Assembly (NCBI GenBank): GCA_963709405.1 | Contig: CAVPXM010000055.1 | Location: forward strand, 160,001-224,000 | Direction of reading: 5' to 3' | Source: an uncultured Nitrososphaerales archaeon | GTDB taxonomy: Archaea > Thermoproteota > Nitrososphaeria > Nitrososphaerales > Nitrososphaeraceae | Length of the DNA stretch: 64,000 bases | Part shown: positions 1 through 11,117 of the stretch, piece after piece | How positions within the stretch are numbered: position 1 is the stretch's first letter | How the letters are laid out: every line of letters starts with the position of its first letter | The notes under the pieces: model-generated | Told to the model about the DNA's origin: nothing | What the model saw: the letters and a program-made list of their open reading frames with translations, nothing else | Databases searched by the model: none | Made by a program: the position numbers and the translations under genes

Positions 1-1158
1 GTCGAACCAAATGAATTGGCATCAAAATATATTCGGCTCTATTTCGAGGATTTCCATGCATTAAATGTTGCGGATGCGAACATGCACCCACGTGCTACTA
101 ATCATATTAACGAGATCATACAAATTATTTCAGGGTTACTTGCCAAAGGCTACGCGTATTTGTCTACAAATGGCGTATACTTTAGGGTGAGATCGTTTGC
201 AAGATACGGTGAGTTGTCTAAAAAAAGTGTCAGCCAATTGGAAGCAGGTGCGCGAGTTGAAGTAGATAGGTCAAAGGAACATCCGCTTGACTTTGCACTC
301 TGGAAATTTTACTCTGATCAACCTAGTTACAGAAGCCCGTGGGGCGATGGTCGGCCAGGATGGCATATAGAATGCAGTGCTATGGCACTAAAATATCTGG
401 GCGAATCTATCGAAATTCATGGAGGGGGAAACGATCTTATTTTTCCCCATCATGAAAATGAAATTGCTCAGTCCGAGTCCTACACTGGCCGCAGGCTTGC
501 AAAAATTTGGATGCATGTTGGAATGGTCACTATAAACACCGAAAAGATGTCAAAATCTCTGGGTAACATAATTTCAATAAGAGACGCCTTGCAAAAGTGG
601 GGATCTAATACTATCAGATTGTTTTGTCTGTCAGTAAGATATACAAAACCATTAGATTATCAAGACTTGTTTCTGAAAGAAGCTGCTCAAAAATGGAAAC
701 AAATTGAGAGCTGTACCTGGGAATTAGAGAACTGGACAGAAGGTTCATCCAGCACTGCTGATATGATCGCGAATTTGTGCACTCAAACAAAACGGTCGTT
801 TGATCAAGCTATGGATAACAATCTAGATACCCCATCTGCGATTAGAGTATTTATGAAATTTGTGAATGAAATCAGTAGAATGGCGTCCGTGGATGCTATT
901 CATGAGGAGGTTGTGATAAGAGCAAAGCCAATAATTCATTACATGCTGAATATTCTAGGCTTGAGGATCGCCTCGATAACACCTGAAGAAAGGAAACAAA
1001 TTGACAGCATGATCGAAATGAGGGAAAAATTACGAAAAATGCAAAAATATAAGGAAGCTGATTCTGTGAGAATTGAACTAGCAAACAAATATTCTGTCGA
1101 ATTAACAGATCACAAGTACAAAACTACATGGCGAAAACGTGAGTTTAGCGATATTTAA
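1..1158 (+). CDS. cysS: Cysteine--tRNA ligase (5' end outside window)
   Basis: DFALWK, GRPGWHIECSAM, HGGGNDLIFPHHENEIAQS and KMSKS motifs; frame is open from base 1. Confidence 0.97.
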   Translation, partial: VEPNELASKYIRLYFEDFHALNVADANMHPRATNHINEIIQIISGLLAKGYAYLSTNGVYFRVRSFARYGELSKKSVSQLEAGARVEVDRSKEHPLDFALWKFYSDQPSYRSPWGDGRPGWHIECSAMALKYLGESIEIHGGGNDLIFPHHENEIAQSESYTGRRLAKIWMHVGMVTINTEKMSKSLGNIISIRDALQKWGSNTIRLFCLSVRYTKPLDYQDLFLKEAAQKWKQIESCTWELENWTEGSSSTADMIANLCTQTKRSFDQAMDNNLDTPSAIRVFMKFVNEISRMASVDAIHEEVVIRAKPIIHYMLNILGLRIASITPEERKQIDSMIEMREKLRKMQKYKEADSVRIELANKYSVELTDHKYKTTWRKREFSDI

Positions 1159-1560
1159 TAGAACCAGTACCGTGCACTGTATTGTGGTAAAGTCGATCAA
1201 AAAACCAACTAGGGAGCGATTATTTTTGATGAAAATGGAAGCCCATAAAACTATCGATGGACCTTGTATCATGTTTGCTGAACTCTTCGGAAAGCGACTT
1301 ACCATTTAAGATATCGGCGGTGATCAACAGACAGAATCCGTAGTCTTGTCTAGAAAACCGTAGTGATAAACATCCTATCTGACTAAATTGAATAACCTAT
1401 GATGCCAACAATTTCAGCTGTGAATTAATTTGATTATTTTACTACTTAGTCGCAGATCCAATTTTTTGACATTATCGACCGGATCTATTGTTCTGAAGTC
1501 TTGAGATACTTGATTTGATCTACATGTACGGTTAGTTAAAAATGAGTAAAGTTTGATCGT

Positions 1561-2586
1561 TCAATTTTCAGCCTTTTCGGGCCACATCATTTGTCTAATG
1601 TCTCGACCAACCCTTTCGACCTGATGATCTTCGATTTCATTCATATACTTGGAAAAAGATCTCTTGTTGTCTTTCTTATACGCGTCCTGCCACTCCTGTG
1701 CAAACATGCCAGACTTTATTTCTTCTAGTATTTTTTTCATCTTCACTTTCGAATCGGCGTCGATGATTTTTGAGCCACGAGTGAGTCCGCCGTACCGAGC
1801 AGTCTCACTAACCCGTTGATACATTCCAGTGATGCCGTATTTTTGGATAAGATCTACAATTAGCTTAAGCTCATGGAGGCATTCAAAATAAGCAACCTCA
1901 GGCTGATAGCCAGCCTCTACTAAAGTTTCGAAGGCACTTATAATTAATCTGGGACAGCCACCACATAGGTCAACCTGTTCTCCGAACCAATCAGTCTCAA
2001 CCTCTTCTTTGAACGTGGTTTGGAATACGCCTGGTCGAGTACTTCCTATTGCTTTGGCAATTGCCAATACCCTCTCCCAAGCCTTTTGAGTATAATCCTG
2101 ATAAACAGCTACTAAGGAAGGTGTGCCAAAGGATTGTTGGTAAAGCTCTCTGACCAGCTGACCTGGACCCTTTGGTGCGACCATGATGACATCCACGTCT
2201 TTAGGTGGGCTAATCCAGTTCCAATGTACCGCAGCACCGTGCGAGAAGCTTAACGCATTTCCTTTTTTCAAAAATGGGGCTATCTCCTTTCTGTATATTT
2301 CAGCCTGTTCCATATCAGGTATCAAAATATGAATTACATCTGATCTTTTGGTAGCTTCCGGTATGGTAACGACATTATGACCATCGTTTTCAGCAGATTT
2401 CCAGCTATTTCCATCCTTCCTAAGCCCAACCAATACGTTTAGCCCTGAATCTTTCATATTTTTTGCTTGGGCTGATCCTTGAATACCGTAACCGATTACG
2501 GAGAATGTCTGGCCCTTTACCCAATCCAAGTTAACGTCTTTATCTAACCATTTCTTCGCAGACAACAAAAGAACTTTGTACGCCAT
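1561..2586 (-). CDS. ilvC: Ketol-acid reductoisomerase
   Basis: IGYGIQG, MVAPKGPG, ETDWFGEQVDLCGG, AYFECLHELKLIVDLI. Confidence 0.97.
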   Translation of the reverse strand: MAYKVLLLSAKKWLDKDVNLDWVKGQTFSVIGYGIQGSAQAKNMKDSGLNVLVGLRKDGNSWKSAENDGHNVVTIPEATKRSDVIHILIPDMEQAEIYRKEIAPFLKKGNALSFSHGAAVHWNWISPPKDVDVIMVAPKGPGQLVRELYQQSFGTPSLVAVYQDYTQKAWERVLAIAKAIGSTRPGVFQTTFKEEVETDWFGEQVDLCGGCPRLIISAFETLVEAGYQPEVAYFECLHELKLIVDLIQKYGITGMYQRVSETARYGGLTRGSKIIDADSKVKMKKILEEIKSGMFAQEWQDAYKKDNKRSFSKYMNEIEDHQVERVGRDIRQMMWPEKAEN

Positions 2587-2731
2587 CTATATATGCTGTA
2601 TGAATTTTTCGATCAGCCGTTACTTGCACAGCCTTAGACAAGTGCAGATCTGTTAGGACGGAAAAGCGACAAAGGACATAAAGATTAATTTCAGTCAATT
2701 TCAGTACCAGTACCATGCTATACAAAGCGTC

Positions 2732-3706
2732 CTATCGATGTTTAGAAACTTTGTATGCTTTTACAAGGTCAACAAAATAAAAAAGGTATGCTCGATCGGC
2801 TATTTTCAATATCCACGGGATAAAAGTTTCTGTCTTTTTAGTCTTTTCAAAAATCTCAAAACCTGAATCACACAAAAGAGTCCTAAATGCGCTACCATCT
2901 AATTGGATCTTTGGTTTAGGTTCCCGTTTGTAATCATAAGGATCGGCAAAGATAACGTCAGCATGCGGTTTGAGAAGCCAGTGTATCGAAGATAGTAGTT
3001 TATTGGGCTCTACCAACTCTAACAAATTTAGGACTAGAATCAGATCAAATTTCATGGCTCCAAATGGAGGATCAATTGAATCAGCGACGCAAAATTCTGA
3101 GTTTTTGATATTTGATAGCGCCATTCTCCTCCTTGCCTCCTTGACAGAAGAGAATGATAAGTCTATGCCTATGACGAAAGAGTACTTTTGGGAGAGTTCA
3201 AGAGTAGTATACCCCATTGAGCATCCTAAATCAAGTGCTATTCCTTCCGTTCTGATTGGCAACGGCCCTATGATTTTATCATATAGATCGGTGGGTTTAA
3301 TATCTCGCTTCAGAAGTTTGAGAAAATAATCATCTGGAGTGTAATCGTATTGGGCCCATTTATACGGGGCAAACCAGTAACCATCTTCTTCGTAGCGATC
3401 ATTAGAAACTAGATCAGGAATCAGTCTAGGTGCTATATTTTTGAGAAAGTCCTTCATTTCTGAGGTCCTACTTTGCAACAACCACCTTCCGTATGCATTC
3501 CCCCTATTGCTAGCATACTTCACAAAATCCTTAACTAATATAGGAACCCCTTCAAGTATAGGATATTGTGTATTGCATAACTCACACCTTAATAATCCTT
3601 CGATGCACTCATTTTCGCCTTCTACGCTAAGCGAACTTAGGACTAGCTTAATCTGCTTATCACGATGGTGCAGGCATTTTAGATGATTAATGAACCTTAT
3701 ATTCAT
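2732..3706 (-). CDS. Class I SAM-dependent methyltransferase with N-terminal Trm112-like domain
   Basis: N-terminal LKC...LRCELCNTQYPILEGVPIL (Trm112-like); LDLGCSMG motif I, IGIDLS, FDLI. Confidence 0.8.
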   Translation of the reverse strand: MNIRFINHLKCLHHRDKQIKLVLSSLSVEGENECIEGLLRCELCNTQYPILEGVPILVKDFVKYASNRGNAYGRWLLQSRTSEMKDFLKNIAPRLIPDLVSNDRYEEDGYWFAPYKWAQYDYTPDDYFLKLLKRDIKPTDLYDKIIGPLPIRTEGIALDLGCSMGYTTLELSQKYSFVIGIDLSFSSVKEARRRMALSNIKNSEFCVADSIDPPFGAMKFDLILVLNLLELVEPNKLLSSIHWLLKPHADVIFADPYDYKREPKPKIQLDGSAFRTLLCDSGFEIFEKTKKTETFIPWILKIADRAYLFYFVDLVKAYKVSKHR

Positions 3707-4126
3707 AAGAATCTACTAGATTATATGATCGACAACGTTGGTACGTAAGAACGTTTGCAAATGTGTATGCGACAAAGATGAAAATGAGAAGTTCTACAAA
3801 GCAGGTAGAGATAATATTCTATCGTAGTACTGGAATTGGTCAAAAGAGATGCTGCCAGAAGCTTCGTTGGTTTTGAGATTAAGCTGCGATTTTGAGGAAT
3901 TGGTCAAAATAACGGCCAAATCGAAGGATTATATTCATCATTTCCGTAACGAAGGCTCTGACATTTCGATTGCAGAGGCAATGAAGGTACGACTTGTGTA
4001 AATCGTACCACACGCAGAACGACACACACGGAATTAGATCCTCGGAAACATTGTTGGAAAGATTTGGGAACGCAGCGATCATCGTAAAATCTGCTCCATT
4101 GGTTTCTGAATCGAAAGGACGTTGCA

Positions 4127-4327
4127 GTGACTATGTTAGAAGATTCCCTGTCAAAAATTGTACGAAAACACCTAACAGAAATCCTGAGCGAAATGCCAAG
4201 GTCTACTTTGGAAACTCATGTCAAGGACACCCAAGGCTCGTCCGATCATTATTTCATAGAAGGGATAATGGAAACTATTGATAGTATTGATAAGCACACA
4301 CAAATGGCTGAGTACCTGTTCAAGTAA
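4127..4327 (+). CDS. Small hypothetical protein
   Basis: 66-aa ORF with protein-like helical composition in an otherwise empty interval; no recognisable motif. Confidence 0.4.
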   Translation: MTMLEDSLSKIVRKHLTEILSEMPRSTLETHVKDTQGSSDHYFIEGIMETIDSIDKHTQMAEYLFK

Positions 4328-4596
4328 TTTCAAGATGAGATCACAACACATAGTTACATAGGCAGATTTTTTTATTACAGCAAGGGCATTTCTTACCAAA
4401 ATGAATAAATGTACATCTCTTCCCGTGCAGTTCACATAGTAAAATCTTATAATGATCTACGTCTGCATCTGTATATTTATGCATTCGAACCGTACTAGCG
4501 GTGAATATTCATTAAGATAGCATGCGAACTACTTTGGAGAATCCAGCTAAAAAAGATGTACTAACCTAATATGTATTTTAATACTTCCGTTAGTAA

Positions 4597-5484
4597 TTAC
4601 TTTCTATATCTCTCTCGGGGTAATGCCCCGAATACGTCGTAGATTTTTGAATAAGATAAATCAAGGTCTACATTTCTGGCTAACGCTGCCTTTGTATCCT
4701 CAATCAATGACTTGATTTTTGGCTTGTCGCGATTAAAGATGTACTCAGCAAGGATCGCGGATTGTGAATTGTATCTTTTAACGAGATCAAATGCGAGTGG
4801 GTTTTCTACTAGTAGTGAGGTGATCAAACTGGACTCGTCAGACAACATACTTTCACTCAGTAACGATTGTATTGCAAAACTGGTACCTGATAACGCCTTT
4901 AGAGTGGCTATATCCTGACCAGCTAAAATCCCTGCAAATAGAATATTTATGTAGTACACCAATGACAGTAAGACAGACATATATTCATCGTGAATTTTCC
5001 AATCTTTAATAATAATGATTTTAATATCTGGAAAAAGACCGTACAGAATGTGAAGTTCTATTTTTTTATTCTTGACTGGTATCATTAATATTTTTCGTGT
5101 ATTTCGCTTGACCGACCCTGGGCCAAACATCGGATGGATACAAAGCAAATTAATGCGTCGCTTTATTTGTTTGAGAGCTCTATATGTATTATATTTGACA
5201 GAAGAAATCTCTATCAAAGAAGCACCTATACGCATAATGGCGGCACACTTTCGTATCATGACAGAAGTCTCGTTAAGAGGAACGCAAATGATAACTACGT
5301 CTGCGTGCGCAACGCATTCGTTTAACGATTTACATACGATAACCCCAGAGTAACCATATGCACTGTTAGATCGTATGTCAAATACTAGTAGAGAATTTTG
5401 AGTCTTTGACAAATATCTAACAAACCAATGACCCATTTTCCCTAGGGCGCCGACGATTCCGATTGTTCTTGACGACGAAGCTAT
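4597..5484 (-). CDS. tyrA: Prephenate/arogenate dehydrogenase (probable ATA start at 5484)
   Basis: Rossmann motif IGIVGALGKMG begins upstream of the ORF-track ATG (5436); ISSVK and IHPMFGP motifs; last gene of the aro cluster. Confidence 0.88.
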   Translation of the reverse strand: MASSSRTIGIVGALGKMGHWFVRYLSKTQNSLLVFDIRSNSAYGYSGVIVCKSLNECVAHADVVIICVPLNETSVMIRKCAAIMRIGASLIEISSVKYNTYRALKQIKRRINLLCIHPMFGPGSVKRNTRKILMIPVKNKKIELHILYGLFPDIKIIIIKDWKIHDEYMSVLLSLVYYINILFAGILAGQDIATLKALSGTSFAIQSLLSESMLSDESSLITSLLVENPLAFDLVKRYNSQSAILAEYIFNRDKPKIKSLIEDTKAALARNVDLDLSYSKIYDVFGALPRERYRK

Positions 5485-6861
5485 CGTGAAGACCAGATCC
5501 TCTCAAATTTTTCCAGCCCTTCAGAAAGCAAAGTCTCCGGCTGACAGGCGGATAGTCTTATGAAATTGTGGTAAAGACTTCCAAAACCGCTTCCAGGCGC
5601 AACTGCCACTCCTGACTGCAAGAGCTTTTCTACAAGGGATAAATCCTGATTTTCTGACCTTGCTGCAATCTTCGGAAAAACATAAAAAGAACCATCGGGT
5701 TTCATGCACGGTATAGATAATCGGCGAAAGCTATCCATAATCAAATCAATCCTTCGATCAATAAGCTGAGTATTGTCTTCGACTTTGCTTTTAAGAGCAG
5801 CTAAGGCGCAATATTGAATGGGTTCCGACACACTTGTTAATGCTAATGCTTGGACATTTGCGATCTTTCGTATGATATCTTTTGAAGCAACAACGTACCC
5901 GATCCTGAACCCAGTCATAGCAAAGCGTTTTGAAAAGCTAGAAATCATGATGTTTTTCTCGTATTGGTACTCCAGAATGCTTCTGAATTTTGTAAATATA
6001 CAACCCGAGTAAACCTCATCACTAAGTAGATAGATACCATTCTCCTTTGCAATGCGATGTATCTTTTCGATTACTTTCTCTTCCAAAATTTTTCCAGTAG
6101 GGTTGTTAGGATAATTTATCACTATCATTCTTGTATTAACATTAATCATTGATTCAAGCTCATTAACACTTGGAGTCCACGCGTCTTCAAGAGTTGTTCT
6201 TAACGCTCTTAACCTTGCACCGATAAAATTTGTACAATCCCTGTAAGCAGGCCAGGCGGGTTCAACCGATATCACTTCCTCGTCAGGTCGTATTAATGCT
6301 ACTATGGCTGCAAAGACCCCAAATCTTGCACCAGGTGTGACAACGACATTCTCATCGCTTACGCCATACCCTACGTCTTTGGCTATATTTTGTCGTAATT
6401 TAGGTATTCCAGCAGTCTCGGTATAATGATAATGTCCAGAATCATAAGCATCAACCAATGCGTTGCGTGTAGCTGATTGGAGCTTGAAAATCTGGTTCCC
6501 CAACTTCCATATGTATGATGCGTTTACCAGTCGCTTCCATTTGCCTGGCTTTATTAAATATGCTCAAATGTGTTTGTTTTCCGTCATTCTGCTGCGTTTC
6601 TTGGATCCTAACAGATCCTGCAAGTAATATATTGAGTAGTCGGCTAGCAAAAGTTGAATCTAATCCAATTTCTTTGCATAACGACATCACCGATCTCCTA
6701 ATATCGTCTTCAGCATTCTGATCGATTATGTCTATAAAGAGATCTGACTTAATCGCACCTATCTCTTCGGAAATCTCCATCCTCTTTTGAACCTTGAGAA
6801 ATATATCATTTGTTATGTCTCGCATTTGATTCCTCAATTTCTCCAGCTCCGTGTTGGTCAA
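5481..6861 (-). CDS. Chorismate mutase / class I-II aminotransferase fusion (one extra base near 6475 splits the ORF)
   Basis: N-terminal AroQ-like domain, then IIHMEVGEPDF; removing one base joins it to YTETAGIPKLR, NYPNNPTG, SDEVY, SFSKRFAMTGFRIG. Confidence 0.88.
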
Positions 6862-6868
6862 TGTTATG

Positions 6869-7969
6869 TCACCTCTTTAACACTGGAGGAACCTGTCCGC
6901 ATCTAATTGCGTGATCCGCTAAGACCATGGAAACCATTGACTCAACTACTGGCGCTGCTCGAGGCACTACACAAGGGTCATGTCGTCCTGGAACGCTCAA
7001 TTCTACCTCTTCGCCGGTGGACAGGTTGAGCGTTCGTTGGGGCTTTAAAATCGAGGCTGCTGGTTTAAATCCTATTCTAATAATAAGAGGCATACCATTT
7101 GACAAACCACCTAAAATGCCTCCAGAATTATTGGTCTTTGTTACTATTCTATTTCCGACCTTATAAAACGAATCATTATTTTCTGAACCATGAAGAGAAC
7201 AACCTTTAAACCCTGAACCAAATTCAACTGCCTTTACAGCTGGTATGCTAAATAGAGCTCTACTAAGATCGGATTCTAAAGAGCCAAAGATTGGCTCTCC
7301 CAAACCAACTGGCAGTCCAATAGTCATGGATTCGACAATTCCTCCAAGAGAATCTCCTTCTCGTCTAGCTTTTAAAATTGCCTCCCTCATCTCTATCGCT
7401 ATTTTGATATCCGGGCATCTAATATCATTTGCATATCTATTCTTCCGTGCGTCGTCGAGCTGTACGTCTTCCAAGGAGATGTTCCCTATTTGTTTTGTGT
7501 ACGCTAAGGTCTCAACTCCAAGGGTATGATGCAATAGCTTCTGGGATACAGCACCTGCCATTACAAAGGTGGCCGTCAATCTACCAGAAAACCTTCCGCT
7601 TCCTCGATAGTCTGCGAATCCTCCATACTTGATGAGAGATGTATAGTCAGAATGTCCTGGTCTTGGGATCATTCTCATAGCATCATAAGTTCTAGAGTCA
7701 GAATCTTTGTTCCAAATTATCATGCATATCGGCGCTCCTGTCGTTATATTATTAAACAGACCTGAAAGGATCGTGACTTTATCTGCCTCCATCCTTTGGG
7801 TAGACACCACAGATTGTCCTGGCTTCCTCTTATCCAGTTCTTGCTGAATGTCAGATTCGGTCAGCGGTAAACCCGCAGGGCAGCCATCAATCACCGCACC
7901 TATGCAAATACCATGGCTTTCTCCAAAACTCATGGTTACAAATCGTTCACCAATCAAATTCCCCGGCAT
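6869..7969 (-). CDS. aroC: Chorismate synthase
   Basis: FGESHG, PRPGHSD, NNSGGILGG, GRHDPCV. Confidence 0.97.
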   Translation of the reverse strand: MPGNLIGERFVTMSFGESHGICIGAVIDGCPAGLPLTESDIQQELDKRKPGQSVVSTQRMEADKVTILSGLFNNITTGAPICMIIWNKDSDSRTYDAMRMIPRPGHSDYTSLIKYGGFADYRGSGRFSGRLTATFVMAGAVSQKLLHHTLGVETLAYTKQIGNISLEDVQLDDARKNRYANDIRCPDIKIAIEMREAILKARREGDSLGGIVESMTIGLPVGLGEPIFGSLESDLSRALFSIPAVKAVEFGSGFKGCSLHGSENNDSFYKVGNRIVTKTNNSGGILGGLSNGMPLIIRIGFKPAASILKPQRTLNLSTGEEVELSVPGRHDPCVVPRAAPVVESMVSMVLADHAIRCGQVPPVLKR

Positions 7970-8120
7970 ATTCCTATCCTCCTCAACCTTCTGTTATGTT
8001 ATAGGATCTCCTTTGACTCAGCTCTGATATATATAGTCAATCTCGTATCGTGAGGCAATTAAGGTGGCCTCGAAAATATCCTTCTATCGGGTGTCTTTAC
8101 GAGATAAAGGTGGTCCTATT

Positions 8121-9422
8121 CTATATCGGTATATCAGGCAAGGTTGTAATATCGGCTCCTAATCTTTTCGTTTCATTAATAAAGTGGGGATACGAAACGT
8201 CAACTGATTCGGCCCCACCTACTGTAGATTGGTTAGTAAGCATTGAAGCGATAGCAAAGGCCATAAATAATCGATGATCATTATGAGCGTCCAACGTCGC
8301 ACTTTTTAAATTCTTGGGCGCACTTATTGTAAGTCTATCAGATTCTTCTTTTACGGAAACCCTCATTTTTGCAAGCTCTTGTGATATTATTGCTAACCGG
8401 TCTGTCTCCTTTAATCTGGTGTGTTCAATACCCTCGATGCAAACTGGTGAAGATGCCTTTAAGGCCAATATAGAAACTACTGGTAATAGGTCAGGACTGT
8501 CAGTAAGGTTAAAATGCCCTCCATCCAGCGTTTCACAACCATAGATCGTGGCCTCTCCTTTGTTGGTATCAATCATAATCCTACCTCCCATTTGTTTAAT
8601 AATACTAATGATTTTTGAATCCCCTTGAGGTAATTGAAAATCCAGTCCTTCAATGGTGAGTTGGCTACCTACTAGAATACCGGCAGCCATTAGGAGAGCA
8701 GCAGATGAAAAATCAGACGGTACGTTGAACGTCGTTGCTTGATAAGTTCCAGGATTAGTGGTTATAGCAGTCTCCAAGCTTCCATTAACTTTGGCACCAA
8801 ACCTGTCCATCGTAGTGATCGTTGCATCTATATATGGCCTTGATACTTGTCGCCCGTAAATCTCAATCGTAGTTGGCGAATCGGCTCGCACACTAGTAAT
8901 GAGCAACGAAGATACAAACTGGCTTGAGATATTTCCTGGAACCTTTGCTGTTCCTCCTCTCATGCCTCCTCCCTTTGTAATCAGAGGGGGAGTACCATCC
9001 AGTTTTGACGAAAAACATTTAACTCCTAACTGCCGTAAGCCAAGAATAAGCGGATTCATAGGACGTCTTCTTAAACTGTCATCACCGGTCAATATTGTAA
9101 AACCTCCGCTTGTCAAAGATGATATCGCAGCGATTATTCTTATTGTCGTTCCCGAGTTCTCTGCGTCAATGACATTTTCCGGAACCTCTAAACGATCACG
9201 TCCTTTTATCGACAAGATATCATTTTCATAGTGAATCTCTACTCCCAAAGCCTTGCATGCATAGACAGTGGCCAAAGTATCCCGTGCTAATAATGGATTT
9301 CTGATTGTTGAGATGCCATCAGCAACTGAAGCTATAGCTATCGCTCTATGAGTATAACTCTTGCTTGCAGGACACCGAATCTTTCCACAAAGTTCTGATC
9401 TTTTAACAATAATACTAGTCAA
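8121..9422 (-). CDS. aroA: 3-phosphoshikimate 1-carboxyvinyltransferase (EPSP synthase)
   Basis: SKSYTHR, NSGTTIR, SSQFVS, RLKETDR, DHRLFMA; likely TTG start at 9422 overlapping the aroK 3' end. Confidence 0.96.
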   Translation of the reverse strand: MTSIIVKRSELCGKIRCPASKSYTHRAIAIASVADGISTIRNPLLARDTLATVYACKALGVEIHYENDILSIKGRDRLEVPENVIDAENSGTTIRIIAAISSLTSGGFTILTGDDSLRRRPMNPLILGLRQLGVKCFSSKLDGTPPLITKGGGMRGGTAKVPGNISSQFVSSLLITSVRADSPTTIEIYGRQVSRPYIDATITTMDRFGAKVNGSLETAITTNPGTYQATTFNVPSDFSSAALLMAAGILVGSQLTIEGLDFQLPQGDSKIISIIKQMGGRIMIDTNKGEATIYGCETLDGGHFNLTDSPDLLPVVSILALKASSPVCIEGIEHTRLKETDRLAIISQELAKMRVSVKEESDRLTISAPKNLKSATLDAHNDHRLFMAFAIASMLTNQSTVGGAESVDVSYPHFINETKRLGADITTLPDIPI

Positions 9423-10257
9423 GTACTTCCACGTTTGCTTTCTCATTGTTCAATTTGGAAGCAAGTACTCTCCCATCGTATCGCGCAAGCACATCCATTA
9501 TATTGTTCCTGTTCTCTTCTGAAGTTACAGCTGCTATGGATGGGCCATTACCAGAGATCGATGCTGACAGTGCACCGGCTCTGAGCGCGTCCATCATAGG
9601 CCGGGAATCAATTCCTGAGACGCTCGACATTATTACTCCATTTAAATTCATGGCCTTCCAATAGTTTCCAGCCATCGCTAAATTAAATGAATCGAAAAAG
9701 AGATCAGACATAATCGGGAGGCGATGCATGAAATTTCCTCTTTTTTGATGTGATGGCAAGAATATCAAGGCGTAAAGATCTTCAGGGGCTCTCTCCAATT
9801 TGATTATTTCACGTAAATAGTTGTTAGTAATAACAAAACCTCCGTAATAACATGCGGCTGAATCATCAAACGCACCCGTGATAGTGACACCAGCTTTGAC
9901 AGAAGCTGTTACTGCTGAATTCAATACAAATTTATCATCTATATTAGTCTGGACAAGTTTTAGACATGCCAGAGATAGTGCGCTGGTAACAGCACTTGAG
10001 CTTTTCAAACCATAGCCTGGAGGGATTTCAGATAATATACGAATTTCTACTTCATTCTGTGAAACGATATTTTCTGGCAGGATCGTTAAAGCCACATCTT
10101 CAAGTAACTCTTTACCTAATTCCGACTGAACTCTGATCCCGCTTCCGTTCGAGAGACCGACTTCTGCAACAACTCGTAGGGAAATTCCTACAGCAGAGCC
10201 AAATCCTGTAGCGATTGCGTTTACGATCGATATTGCTCCATGCACTGTCGCCCTCAC
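9415..10257 (-). CDS. aroK: Archaeal (GHMP-type) shikimate kinase
   Basis: GAISIVNAIATG, IPPGYGLKSSSA, TITGAFDD, SGNGPS. Confidence 0.95.
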   Translation of the reverse strand: MRATVHGAISIVNAIATGFGSAVGISLRVVAEVGLSNGSGIRVQSELGKELLEDVALTILPENIVSQNEVEIRILSEIPPGYGLKSSSAVTSALSLACLKLVQTNIDDKFVLNSAVTASVKAGVTITGAFDDSAACYYGGFVITNNYLREIIKLERAPEDLYALIFLPSHQKRGNFMHRLPIMSDLFFDSFNLAMAGNYWKAMNLNGVIMSSVSGIDSRPMMDALRAGALSASISGNGPSIAAVTSEENRNNIMDVLARYDGRVLASKLNNEKANVEVLD

Positions 10258-10271
10258 TAGCCTCTTCAGAT

Positions 10272-11117
10272 TTATTCACCGTAAGGGCCGAGCAAAGACT
10301 TCTTCATTATCTCCACAGGAGCTGGAATTCCGGTCCAAATTTCAAAAGATTTCGCACCTTGTTCCAGCAGCATCTCATATCCGTACACCGGGATTGCCCC
10401 GGCTTGTTTAGCATTCTTAAGAAGTTCAGTAACTACCGGCCGATAGACAACGTCATAGACTATACTACCTTTTGAGATATGTCGAAAATCGATGAGGGTC
10501 TTCTCGTTATGCATTCCCAATGGTAACGTATTGACTATCATATCAGCTCGACCCGAAAACAACTGCACATCACCCAGATTCAACGACTCGCAATTTGCTC
10601 CCATTGTATTTCCAATCCTTGCCAATTCTCTAGCTCTGTCTTCACTCCGATTCGCGATTGATATCTTCAGTTTCTCTGTTTTGCTTGACAGCGCAGTAAC
10701 CACTGCACGAGCTGCTCCACCAGCTCCTAATAGCAAGACATTCAATCCGTTCAATCTAATCCCTCTCTTCAATAAAGGCTGGAGGAATCCGTCTACATCC
10801 GTATTATAGCCGTAGAGTATGCCGTCATGATTCAGAACCGTGTTTACTGCACCTGCTTTTCTCGCAACCTGATCCAAGACATCAATATATTTCAAAATAT
10901 TTGTCTTGTGTGGAATAGTGACATTGAACCCAGCGACCTTTACCTCCTTCAACGAACCTATAGATGCTTTCAATTCCGAATACGCGACCTTGTAGGCAAT
11001 ATACGTGCATCTTAACTTCAGAAAATTGAAGGCAGCGTTCTGCATTACTGGGGATAAGGAATGCTCTATGGGATCACCAATTATGCAATACGTCTTAATG
11101 GATTTCTCCAATTCCAT
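10272..11117 (-). CDS. aroE: Shikimate dehydrogenase
   Basis: HSLSPVMQN, NVTIPHK, GAVNT, NTDVDG, GAGGAARA; second ATG chosen as start. Confidence 0.96.
   Translation of the reverse strand: MELEKSIKTYCIIGDPIEHSLSPVMQNAAFNFLKLRCTYIAYKVAYSELKASIGSLKEVKVAGFNVTIPHKTNILKYIDVLDQVARKAGAVNTVLNHDGILYGYNTDVDGFLQPLLKRGIRLNGLNVLLLGAGGAARAVVTALSSKTEKLKISIANRSEDRARELARIGNTMGANCESLNLGDVQLFSGRADMIVNTLPLGMHNEKTLIDFRHISKGSIVYDVVYRPVVTELLKNAKQAGAIPVYGYEMLLEQGAKSFEIWTGIPAPVEIMKKSLLGPYGE

Noticed and set aside
3879-4082. 67-aa Cys-containing ORF
   Set aside because: It has no recognisable motif, competes with overlapping ORFs, and starts only about 45 nt from a divergent ORF.
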